Positions 17,238-25,161 of a DNA stretch of 33,785 bases are shown piece after piece (position 1 is the first letter of the stretch; each line of letters starts with the position of its first letter). A model generated the notes under the pieces. That model was not told the DNA's origin, searched no databases, and was given only the letters and a program-made list of their open reading frames with translations. The stretch is from Candidatus Woesearchaeota archaeon (GTDB lineage: Archaea > Nanobdellota > Nanobdellia > Pacearchaeales > GW2011-AR1), in assembly GCA_964529375.1 (NCBI GenBank), contig CAZGUQ010000005.1, positions 1 to 33,785 of the forward strand, read 5' to 3'. The position numbers were made by a program, and so were the translations under genes.

Positions 17238-17554
17238 GTTTCTAATGGAGAAAGCGTAACAATGCGTTCGCCGGCATGTAAACGCATGATATCTCCGTTC
17301 TGCAATCTATAGTGTTCGTCAAAAAATTCTGTTTTGCTGAAAATTGTTCCTTCTTTGCCCCAATATGTCTTGTACATTTTTATATAAAATCCCTTCTCAT
17401 CCTTACATAAAATGTCATACACCACGCCCTCTTTAGCTACAACGCTTCCATTTCTTAATTCTGAAAAGAGATTTCCTTTAATTCCTTCTCTTTCTACATA
17501 TAAGGACTTGCCAAGATGGTCTTTCAATCTTCTTTCATTTATTTTTCTTAACAT
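17234..17554 (-). CDS. hypothetical protein
   Basis: ATG at 17554 (MLRKINERRL...). The track ORF extends to a TTG at 17605 through the promoter palindrome. tttttataaa lies about 20-28 nt upstream of the ATG. Confidence 0.5.
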   Translation of the reverse strand: MLRKINERRLKDHLGKSLYVEREGIKGNLFSELRNGSVVAKEGVVYDILCKDEKGFYIKMYKTYWGKEGTIFSKTEFFDEHYRLQNGDIMRLHAGERIVTLSPLET

Positions 17555-17591
17555 TTTTATCCCTGAATTTCCACATTTATAAAAACTTATA

Positions 17592-17613
17592 TATTTCGGT
17601 TGCAACCGAAATA
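17592..17613. promoter_or_regulatory. 22-bp perfect palindrome in a divergent promoter region
   Basis: tatttcggttg|caaccgaaata is perfectly self-complementary. It lies 38 nt from the minus-strand ATG (17554) and 30 nt from the plus-strand ATG (17643). Confidence 0.5.
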
Positions 17614-17642
17614 CTTAAATATAAAATCTTTCTGTTTTCTAC

Positions 17643-19013
17643 ATGAAAAAGTGGTTTTTTTTCCTTGTTGCCTTGATTCTTCTGCCAAGCGCGCTTGCAA
17701 TAAATCTTAATGTTGAAAAAACAAGCGAAAATGAAGTACTTATAGTTGATATTGAGCAGCCTGTTGTTTTTAATCTAAAAATAACAAATCTTGGGGCTCC
17801 GGGAAATTTTGAATTCTACAATCTTGCCAGCTTTAGTCTTTCACCCGAAACTTTCTCCTTGACTTCCGGAGAAACAAGAGAAATTCAGCTGGCTTTGAGT
17901 CCAATAGGAAAAATCTCGCAGCGTGGATATTACACTGTTCCAGTATATATAAGAGCTTCAGATACAAGCGAAATAAAGCAGGATTTAACCTTCAAGGTAA
18001 TAAATCTCAAAGATGCATTTGAAGTTGGTTCTGGCGACGTTGACCCCCAAACACAGGAAATAGAAATTTACATAAAAAACCTCGAATCTGTTGATTTCGG
18101 AACAGTAAATGTTTTATTTTCTTCTGCTTTCTTCAGTCTTGAAAAAACCCTGCCGCTGCAGTCAAGAGAAGTCCAGAGATTTTCTGTTCAGCTAAGCAGA
18201 GAGGATTTCAAAAATCTTATGGCAGGCTTCTATACGTTGAATGCAGAAGTAACTGCTTTTGAAAAAAAGGCAGATGTTGAAGGAGTAATAAGATTTGTGG
18301 AAAAAGATATTTTAACAACAACAAAAAAAGACTATGGCTTCTTAATCAATACCCAAATAATAACAAAAATAAACGAAGGAAATACCCTGGCAGCTTCAGA
18401 TACTGTTATAAAGAAAAATCTGGTTTCAAGGCTTTTTACAACTTTTTCTCCTACACCAGACATTGTCGAGCGCTCTGGATTCTCTGTTTATTATACCTGG
18501 TCAAGAGAAATACCACCAGGAGAATCTCTAGAAATAGAAGTGAAAACAAACTGGCTATTCCCATTTATTCTGTTGCTTCTTGTTGTCGCAATAGTTGTTC
18601 TCGTAAAGAAATATACAGGAACATCTGTTATTTTGAGAAAAAGGGTTTCATTTGTAAGAGCAAAGGGCGGTGAATTCGCGCTTAAGGTCTCAATAGCAAC
18701 GCAGGCAAGGAAGCATGTTGAACGCGTGAATCTTATTGACAGATTGCCTCCTCTTGTAAAGCTTCATGAAAAATTCCTTGGCGAGCAGCCTACAAGGACA
18801 GATGAAAAAAACAGAAGGTTGGAATGGAACTTTGATTCCATGCAGCCAGGAGAGATAAGAATTGTAAGTTACATAATTTATTCCAAGGTTGGCGTTTTCG
18901 GCAAGTTTGAATTGCCTATATCGACAGCAATCTTCGAGCGTGAAGGCGAAATCCATGAAGTTGAATCGAACAAGGCTTTCTTCGTTTCAGAACAGAGAAA
19001 GGTTGAAGAGTAA
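17643..19013 (+). CDS. membrane protein with CARDB/DUF11-like beta-sandwich domains
   Basis: 456 aa. Signal peptide (FFLVALILLPSALA). Repeated beta-rich modules with the pattern ...I.N.G...F.... TM helix WLFPFILLLLVVAIVVLV. A further domain follows (VNLIDRLPP...WNFDSMQPGEIRIVSY). Confidence 0.7.
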   Translation: MKKWFFFLVALILLPSALAINLNVEKTSENEVLIVDIEQPVVFNLKITNLGAPGNFEFYNLASFSLSPETFSLTSGETREIQLALSPIGKISQRGYYTVPVYIRASDTSEIKQDLTFKVINLKDAFEVGSGDVDPQTQEIEIYIKNLESVDFGTVNVLFSSAFFSLEKTLPLQSREVQRFSVQLSREDFKNLMAGFYTLNAEVTAFEKKADVEGVIRFVEKDILTTTKKDYGFLINTQIITKINEGNTLAASDTVIKKNLVSRLFTTFSPTPDIVERSGFSVYYTWSREIPPGESLEIEVKTNWLFPFILLLLVVAIVVLVKKYTGTSVILRKRVSFVRAKGGEFALKVSIATQARKHVERVNLIDRLPPLVKLHEKFLGEQPTRTDEKNRRLEWNFDSMQPGEIRIVSYIIYSKVGVFGKFELPISTAIFEREGEIHEVESNKAFFVSEQRKVEE

Positions 19014-19296
19014 GAACGCTCGGGTGTGATCGTTCTAGAACAAAGGAAAGTTGAGGAATAAGGAATTGTCTACGCCAACTATGGCCACAAAGAAGGACAT
19101 GTAGCTCAAATAAAAAGATTTCTAAAACAAAATGAGGTTGGGGAATAAATATATTTAAACAGTTCTAATAGTCAAAAATCAATAAAGTTATAATTAAAGG
19201 GATTATTTATATTAAATATTATATCGTGTTAGATAACCAAACGTAGCTATTTTAAAAAGTAAAACCTTAAAAATCCATTACTTCTTTTTAATTCAA

Positions 19297-19447
19297 CCCC
19301 GCATAGCTCAGTGGTAGAGCGTTCGGCTGTAGACTTTGTCTAGGGTGGAGATTCCATATCAAGATTAGAAAGGATAACTATGAAGCCCGATAAGCCGCGA
19401 GTTCGACAGAACCCGAAAGATCCCCAGTCCGATTCTGGGTGCGGGGA
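19297..19447 (+). tRNA. tRNA-Tyr(GUA) with ~79-nt intron in the anticodon loop
   Basis: Acceptor CCCCGCA/TGCGGGG (the archaeal Tyr C1-G72 pair). D arm GCTC-AGTGGTA-GAGC. Anticodon stem TTCGG...CCGAA, loop CT-GTA-G. T arm CCCAG-TCCGATT-CTGGG. Discriminator A, then a T-run. Intron about 19333-19411 with closing helix tttgtc/gacaga. Confidence 0.85.
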
Positions 19448-19451
19448 TTTT

Positions 19452-20159
19452 TTATAAGAAAACAGGGGGGGAAGAATTTACTCTGTTAAAAATTTCTTGA
19501 TATCCTCTTACTTCATCTGTATCAGTAGCGTCGTGTGTGAAATGCAAAACAAGTTTTCTTTCTGGTTTTCCTGCAAGAAGGGATTCTGTTCTTACTAAAA
19601 TCTTCTGCCCGTAGCTTCTCGTAAAAAATCCCGGGAATTGATCAGGCACCTGCACTATATAATGTGCCAATCTAAAGCTTTCTGGGGATAAAACATAACC
19701 TGCCCGATGGAAAAAATCCAGATTATCTTTTACTATCTTAAATGCCTCGTGACCCCAAGCAAAGTCTTTCTTGGCGTCCATTGAATTAATTTCTGGAAAA
19801 CGTAATTTCAACATTTCCAATTGCCCGCCTCTTAAGACATCTTCTACTCCAGAATTATATAAAGAAAATTCTTTTAATCCTAATTTTCTCTTTTCTCTGT
19901 CAATAGTAACTTGTGCCGAACTTTTAGGAATGTATCCATTTTTCAAACTAAAAAGCATTTCAAAAGAGGTCGTTGCTTGCGTAGGGAGGGCATATTGTAT
20001 AAGATATAAAAGGTCTTGACTTTCTACAGGCCCCTTTTCTATTTTATCATGACGCAATTTATCCGCATAAGGAATATCATCAGTTAAAACCATATCCCCT
20101 TTGGTGTGTCTTGATTTAAATAATTTATTAATATAGAATATATATCTTTCCCACTCCAA
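19452..20159 (-). CDS. hypothetical protein
   Basis: 235-aa ORF ending 5 nt from the tRNA-Tyr 3' end. No motif recognised. Confidence 0.55.
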   Translation of the reverse strand: MEWERYIFYINKLFKSRHTKGDMVLTDDIPYADKLRHDKIEKGPVESQDLLYLIQYALPTQATTSFEMLFSLKNGYIPKSSAQVTIDREKRKLGLKEFSLYNSGVEDVLRGGQLEMLKLRFPEINSMDAKKDFAWGHEAFKIVKDNLDFFHRAGYVLSPESFRLAHYIVQVPDQFPGFFTRSYGQKILVRTESLLAGKPERKLVLHFTHDATDTDEVRGYQEIFNRVNSSPPVFL

Positions 20160-20193
20160 TAATCCTTATATAGTATTTTTCTTATAGACAAAA

Positions 20194-20514
20194 ATGGTTT
20201 TAAGAAAATTAACAGTTAATGATAAAGGCCAATTTACCCTTGATGAACGAGTTGTTAATGTTATACCGGTTGGTCTGCCTGTCCTTGTATCTCTTCCAAC
20301 TAAAGTTATCGAAGATTTCATAGTGGGCACTATAGGAGAAAAGGAACTAGCTAGATATGGATACCCCTGCCCTCCAGAAGTTGATTATTATACTTTATCT
20401 GAAAGAGAGGTTTCAACAGTTAGCCATAATCAAACGCGACAAATTGATGTTAGTCTTTTAAGAGCGCTCCAATTTTATAGGTCGATTGGGGTTGGTAATG
20501 GGAGCACAACATAA
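20194..20514 (+). CDS. hypothetical protein (possible AbrB/SpoVT-like N-terminus)
   Basis: 106 aa. The N-terminus LRKLTVNDKGQFTLDERVV weakly resembles the looped-hinge-helix fold. Divergent from 19452-20159. Confidence 0.5.
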   Translation: MVLRKLTVNDKGQFTLDERVVNVIPVGLPVLVSLPTKVIEDFIVGTIGEKELARYGYPCPPEVDYYTLSEREVSTVSHNQTRQIDVSLLRALQFYRSIGVGNGSTT

Positions 20515-20517
20515 AAA

Positions 20518-21111
20518 ATGGAACAAAAAGAAAGAATGATTCTAGAAATAATTCTTGCCGTGGTTTTTATTGTGTTCTTAATCATGATATCAATTGTTGT
20601 CATAAACGCCGCAGAAGGCTCTGAAACAGAAACAACAATCACAAATTCATTTAATACATATAATTATAACACATATCCCGCTAGAACCCAGACACAATAT
20701 ACAACGCTAAGCGCAAAGCCATATATTGTCGATAACGATTATGAGAGAAATTACTATTTAATCGACGATACAGATTATTTTAATGATGGAAGACATTATG
20801 ATAGTGATAATAGATACTTATCTTATGATTCTTCGTCAAGATTAAGAGTTTCAGAAGGGCTTTTTGGAAATGATATAAATAATTACGAAGTTTATGTCAG
20901 AAACAAAGATTATACAGGAGGCTATTTCACCGTGAATTTCTATTTCGAAGATTATTATGGAAACGTTGACTTTGAAGTCATGAAGCATTACATTGATCCA
21001 AGAGAAGAAAACAGATTTGTCTTCAAAGATATCTCTCCAAACAGATATGATTACAGAAGATGGTGGTATGATGTTGAGTCTTTAACCACAATAAAGACAG
21101 AAATTAATTAG
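20518..21111 (+). CDS. TM-anchored Tyr/Asn/Asp-rich protein
   Basis: 197 aa. N-terminal TM (ILEIILAVVFIVFLIMISIVVI). Ectodomain very rich in Y, N and D. Starts 3 nt after the upstream stop. Confidence 0.6.
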   Translation: MEQKERMILEIILAVVFIVFLIMISIVVINAAEGSETETTITNSFNTYNYNTYPARTQTQYTTLSAKPYIVDNDYERNYYLIDDTDYFNDGRHYDSDNRYLSYDSSSRLRVSEGLFGNDINNYEVYVRNKDYTGGYFTVNFYFEDYYGNVDFEVMKHYIDPREENRFVFKDISPNRYDYRRWWYDVESLTTIKTEIN

Positions 21112-21224
21112 ATATGGGTTAAAAAGATATCGAGGACAATATGCATATCTCCGTCTATAGAAATATTTAAAAACTGCGCATCTTTTTAGAATTCAATAAA
21201 AAGGGGTGAAAAACGAGGCTGACA

Positions 21225-21311
21225 ATGGAAAAGATGGAAGAATTTGAGAGTTTTGAGGATGAGAATGAATTTGAAGAAGCCATAGATGATTTAGACCTTG
21301 ACGGCGAGTAG
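21225..21311 (+). CDS. possible 28-aa hyper-acidic micro-protein
   Basis: MEKMEEFESFEDENEFEEAIDDLDLDGE-stop, with GAGG 7 nt upstream. Too short to be sure. Confidence 0.2.
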   Translation: MEKMEEFESFEDENEFEEAIDDLDLDGE

Positions 21312-21313
21312 GT

Positions 21314-22228
21314 CTAATTGCTGTAATTTAATACAGCTTCATTATTATCCTTTTCCAACTCTTCAAAATTTGTTTTTATCAAAAATCTTAGTTCATCAAC
21401 GTCTTTTTGGAAGACAAAAATATTTGTCACTGTTATTAGTCTTCCATGTCCTATTTTAAGAGATTCCAACCCTATTTTCTTTACCGATTTGTCATCTGCA
21501 TAAACCTCTATTTCTGCCGCAGGAGAATCGGCAAGCCCCTGATTTCTTATGGTAAGATTTAAATCCAAATATCTTCCAGACATTGTGGCAGAAACATTTT
21601 CAAACGCAATATCGGGGAGGCTTTGATAGGAATATAATTGGTCTATTAAATTTATTATGTCCTGGCTTATTGTCTGGCTGCATTTGCTCACAGGATACAT
21701 TATATTATTCGGATTTTCAGAATGGGCAAAGCCAAGAGTATGCAGCAATTCATGAATTCCAACATTCGGATTTTCGCACTTTGATTCTCTTATTAATGTT
21801 ATTGCGCCGCGATGTATGACATTGAATTTATCTGTTCTTGTAATATTCACAGGCCCCCCTTCTCCTGCTATGAACAAGTCTCCTTCAAATCTTGCATCTT
21901 CATCGCAAGTTATAGAGATTTCCTCGTTTGAAGCAACAGGATAAAAATTCAGAGCAGTCAGGTTTTCTATAGCATCAAAAGATCTCTGCATTTCATCTGT
22001 TTTTTTCAGGGGGCATGATTCAATCTTGTATGATATATCATTTCCGGGATATCTCATATTAGGATAAAACTGCATGCTTTCATTTTCCACATTTCCCAAA
22101 GTGAAGTTAGAATTTCTAGAGCTGGTTGTGCCAAAATCAATTGTCTCAAAGGGAAAAACCCAGTAAAAAAATATCAGCAAGACTAGGAAGATAGCAATAA
22201 CAGAAGCCAGAATGCTTTTCCACCCCAT
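21314..22228 (-). CDS. TM-anchored zinc metalloprotease (metzincin/matrixin-like) with C-terminal CARDB-like domain
   Basis: 304 aa. HELLHTLGFAHS (HExxHxxGxxH) followed by the Met-turn NIMYP. N-terminal TM. C-terminal beta domain (LDLNLTIRNQGLADSPAAEIEVYADD). Confidence 0.85.
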   Translation of the reverse strand: MGWKSILASVIAIFLVLLIFFYWVFPFETIDFGTTSSRNSNFTLGNVENESMQFYPNMRYPGNDISYKIESCPLKKTDEMQRSFDAIENLTALNFYPVASNEEISITCDEDARFEGDLFIAGEGGPVNITRTDKFNVIHRGAITLIRESKCENPNVGIHELLHTLGFAHSENPNNIMYPVSKCSQTISQDIINLIDQLYSYQSLPDIAFENVSATMSGRYLDLNLTIRNQGLADSPAAEIEVYADDKSVKKIGLESLKIGHGRLITVTNIFVFQKDVDELRFLIKTNFEELEKDNNEAVLNYSN

Positions 22229-22282
22229 TTTTAATAAAAAAGATTATTGTATATAAATTTGTTGTACAACAAATTTAGCAGG

Positions 22283-22346
22283 TTCGGTTAACTTAAAAGG
22301 AAATAAAATCGCAAATTTATCATTCCATCTCCTATTGGCTTAACAG
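22283..22346 (+). repeat. internally deleted copy C of the 170-bp element
   Basis: tcggttaacttaaaagg matches the left end of copy A, and gcaaatttatcattccatctcctattggcttaacag matches its right end. About 105 nt of the middle is missing. Confidence 0.5.
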
Positions 22347-22503
22347 AATCATTTAGCAGAAATATTTTAAATAAAAATATTATATTATCATTTACCTATT
22401 GCCATTGTACTTTATAACTATATCTTTTACCATTAACAATATTTTGATATCCATTATTTTTTATATAAAAAATAATTAAAAAGAAAAAGTTTAACAGAAG
22501 ATT

Positions 22504-22617
22504 TTAATAGCCTTCTTCTTCAGTTTCCGGGAATTCATCATCAGAATCATCTTCATCGCTATCTGATTCTTTCAAATCCTCGTCTTCTGATTCCTCTTTT
22601 TTGTGTTTGTGTTTCAT
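22504..22617 (-). CDS. possible 37-aa hyper-acidic micro-protein
   Basis: MKHKHKKEESEDEDLKESDSDEDDSDDEFPETEEEGY-stop on the minus strand. Low-complexity, so uncertain. Confidence 0.2.
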   Translation of the reverse strand: MKHKHKKEESEDEDLKESDSDEDDSDDEFPETEEEGY

Positions 22618-22685
22618 TTAAACTCCAAGTACTAGTATACAAATTACGGGTTTTTTAAAGTTTTTGCTTCGCCAAGAAGTTATTT

Positions 22686-22976
22686 TTATGCAGTATCTGA
22701 AGATGAGAGTATGTAAGCCACTGCATTAACTGTTTGCAGCCGACCATTTTTTGAAGAATATTGTACACCCCCAATAGCATCAACTGAAGCATCTTTTGCA
22801 TACTCAAACATATGTTTTATGGCTTCTGTTTTTGATTGACCAGCGCCCTTTACACGATCTTTTAATGGTGTATATTTATTAGGAACCGCGCCAGTCAAAA
22901 CAGTTATGCCAAATTCTCCGGCCAGTTCTTCTAACGTCTTTTCTTTTCTCCGCCATCTCATTTTATTCTTTAACAA
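22686..22976 (-). CDS. small protein, possibly YbjQ/DUF74-like
   Basis: 96 aa (91 aa from the ATG at 22961). SKTEAIKHMFEYAKDASVDAIGGVQYS resembles the helix plus GA.AV.G... block of YbjQ-type domains. Weak. Confidence 0.45.
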   Translation of the reverse strand: MLKNKMRWRRKEKTLEELAGEFGITVLTGAVPNKYTPLKDRVKGAGQSKTEAIKHMFEYAKDASVDAIGGVQYSSKNGRLQTVNAVAYILSSSDTA

Positions 22977-22992
22977 TCACGATTTATAAGTT

Positions 22993-23457
22993 TTATTGCA
23001 GCCCAACACACATTGCTTTTGTCTGGTCAAGAATGCAATAAGCATCTTCTGCGCTCCAGACGCTGAATTCATGGTAAATATTTCCTTCAACAGGAATTAT
23101 AACCTTTTTTGTATTAAATCCTAAGTTTTTTCCTATGTCAGAATAATATGCACTCCATGAAGTACAGACACCGCCTTGTTCTTTGAGTTCTTCAAAGCTT
23201 AATGTCTTGCTGACATTATCAAGATTATATTTATAGAATCCTTTTGTTATATCAACAACACAGGAAGCAGAATCTTGCAGGCTGGTGTTTTTGCAGGCAT
23301 TTGCAATATCTTCCACGCTATTGTAGTCTTGGGAATTAAAATATCCAAGTATCAATGGAGTTATAAGAATCAACAGCATTGCAAACAGGACTATTAATAA
23401 CCCATATAGCATCCTGTCTATCTTGCTTATCCTGCTTATTTTTCCTGTATTTTTCAT
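22993..23457 (-). CDS. TM-anchored transglutaminase-like (Cys-His-Asp) protein
   Basis: 154 aa. N-terminal TM (LLIVLFAMLLILITPLILGY). GGVCTSWSAYY ... YHEFSVW ... ILDQ matches the Cys/His/Asp spacing of the transglutaminase-core fold. Confidence 0.6.
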   Translation of the reverse strand: MKNTGKISRISKIDRMLYGLLIVLFAMLLILITPLILGYFNSQDYNSVEDIANACKNTSLQDSASCVVDITKGFYKYNLDNVSKTLSFEELKEQGGVCTSWSAYYSDIGKNLGFNTKKVIIPVEGNIYHEFSVWSAEDAYCILDQTKAMCVGLQ

Positions 23458-23518
23458 AAAAACCCAATCCAGAATTAGTATATAAATCTTGCCCTTTTGT
23501 AACTACTATAGAATTACA

Positions 23519-23658
23519 CGCCCACGCCGGGAGTCGGACCCGGGTTTCCAGCGTTCTGCGCATTTTTCAATTCTCTCAAAGGAGAGGGTATTGTAGGGAG
23601 AACCTTGGTTCTCCTCATGCGCGACAGGCTAGCGTCATAGCCGTTAGACCACGTAGGC
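23519..23658 (-). tRNA. tRNA-Asp(GUC) with 68-nt intron in the anticodon loop
   Basis: Minus strand: acceptor GCCTACG/CGTGGGC, D arm GTCT-AACGGCTA-TGAC, anticodon stem CTAGC...GCTGG, loop CT-GTC-GC, T arm CCGGG-TCCGACT-CCCGG, discriminator G. Intron about 23554-23621 with helix gcgcat/atgcgc. Confidence 0.85.
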
Positions 23659-23691
23659 ACTATAAAGAATAAAGAAATTTGTTTTTAAAGA

Positions 23692-24972
23692 TTATCTTTT
23701 TGCAGAAGTTATCTTCTTCTTGCCGTTCATGTACTTCTGCAGAACACTCGGAATTTTAATGCTGCCGTCTTTCTGCTGATAATTTTCAAGAACTGCAACC
23801 ATGATTCTTGAGGTTGCCAAAGCAGTATTGTTCAATGTATGCAGGACATATCTTTCTCCATTCTTTGAAATTCCTTTTATATTCAAATCTCTTGCCTGGT
23901 AATCTGTGCAGTTGCTCAAGCTTCCAATCTCTCCATAGCTTTTTGTCGTTGGCCTCCAGACCTCAATATCTTCGCTTCTGGCTTTCCAATCGCCAAGATC
24001 TCCAGAGCACATTTCAAGAATCCTGTAAGGAAGCTTAAGTCTCTTTATTATTTCTTCTGCATTTTTCCTTAATTCATCATAATATTTCCAGGAATCTTTT
24101 GGCTTGCAGAAAATAAATTGCTCAACTTTGTTGAACTGGTGCGTTCTCCAAAGTCCTTTTTCATTAATTCCATGGCTTCCTATTTCCTTCCTAAAACTCA
24201 TTGAATATCCAAAAAATTTCAAGGGCAATTTTTCTTCAGAAATTGTTTTGTCTGCCAGCATTCCAAGAATTGCATCTTCTGCAGTTGGGATTAAATAAAG
24301 ATTCTCTGATTCAATCTTGTAAAGAGCGTTTTCAAATGCCTTGAAATCTCCTTTTGCCATCTCAACTCTTTTATTAACCATCAACGGAGGCTCAATATAC
24401 AAATATCCTTTTTTGCTCATGAAATCAATTGCAAAACCTATTAGCGCACGATTCAGCAGAGCTAAATCTTTCTTCAAATAATAAAATCCAGAGCCGGCAA
24501 CTTTTGCAGAAGCATCAAAATCTCCAATATCAAGGGCTTCAATAAGCTCAACGTGTGTCTTGGCTGGAAACTTTAAGATTGTTTTCTTTCCAGCAACTTT
24601 TCTTATCTTGTTGTCCTTTTCGCTTTTGCCTTGAGGAACATCCGGATGCATTAAGTTAGGAATTTCGTAAAGCCTTTTGTTGAAAGAATCATAAAGGTCT
24701 TTTTCTTCTGATTCAAGTTCTTTCAATTTTTGCGGAATTTCCCTTGCTTTTTTTATTAATGAAGAAGCATCTTGCTTTTTCTTTTTAGCCAGATTTATCA
24801 GTTCAGAAATTTTGTTTCTTTCATGCCTCAATCTATCTGCCTCTGTTTTGACTCTGCGCCATTCTCCATCAAGTTTTAGAACATCATTAATTATTCTTTC
24901 ATCACGTCCTTTTTTCCGGTTGTTCTTTTTGTAAGTCTCAGGTCTTTCTCTCAAGTCTTTAAGGTCAATCAT
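23692..24972 (-). CDS. serS: seryl-tRNA synthetase
   Basis: 426 aa. N-terminal coiled-coil arm. Class II motifs FRKEIGSHG, SNCTDYQARDL and NNTALATSRIMVAVLENYQ. Confidence 0.95.
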   Translation of the reverse strand: MIDLKDLRERPETYKKNNRKKGRDERIINDVLKLDGEWRRVKTEADRLRHERNKISELINLAKKKKQDASSLIKKAREIPQKLKELESEEKDLYDSFNKRLYEIPNLMHPDVPQGKSEKDNKIRKVAGKKTILKFPAKTHVELIEALDIGDFDASAKVAGSGFYYLKKDLALLNRALIGFAIDFMSKKGYLYIEPPLMVNKRVEMAKGDFKAFENALYKIESENLYLIPTAEDAILGMLADKTISEEKLPLKFFGYSMSFRKEIGSHGINEKGLWRTHQFNKVEQFIFCKPKDSWKYYDELRKNAEEIIKRLKLPYRILEMCSGDLGDWKARSEDIEVWRPTTKSYGEIGSLSNCTDYQARDLNIKGISKNGERYVLHTLNNTALATSRIMVAVLENYQQKDGSIKIPSVLQKYMNGKKKITSAKR

Positions 24973-24995
24973 ATCTTCAACAGGGAAGAATTATA

Positions 24996-25020
24996 TTTAA
25001 AGTTATTGAATAACTTTAAA
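24996..25020. promoter_or_regulatory. 25-nt palindrome overlapping the serS promoter region
   Basis: tttaaagttatt-g-aataactttaaa has 12-nt perfect arms and starts 24 nt upstream of the serS ATG (24972). Confidence 0.35.
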
Positions 25021-25161
25021 AGTTAGATGAATACAGGAGAAAAGCCAACACATTATATTTATTAGTAAATATGGACCTATTAGCGGTTTATATCAATTTT
25101 TGCATTAAAATCTTGATTCATTTTTGAATAGATTTAAAAGTTATAAAACCCATTGTTTTAA

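Noticed and set aside
19448-23518. A segment bounded by tRNA-Tyr and tRNA-Asp and full of hypothetical, secreted-protease and transglutaminase-like genes. I considered it as an integrated element.
   Set aside because: There is no integrase or recombinase gene. I found no partial duplicate of either tRNA 3' end that could serve as an att site. Base composition looks the same as the flanks.
23336-23563. 75-aa minus-strand ORF in the track.
   Set aside because: It overlaps the 3' half of tRNA-Asp and the start of the 22993-23457 gene, so it is most likely spurious.
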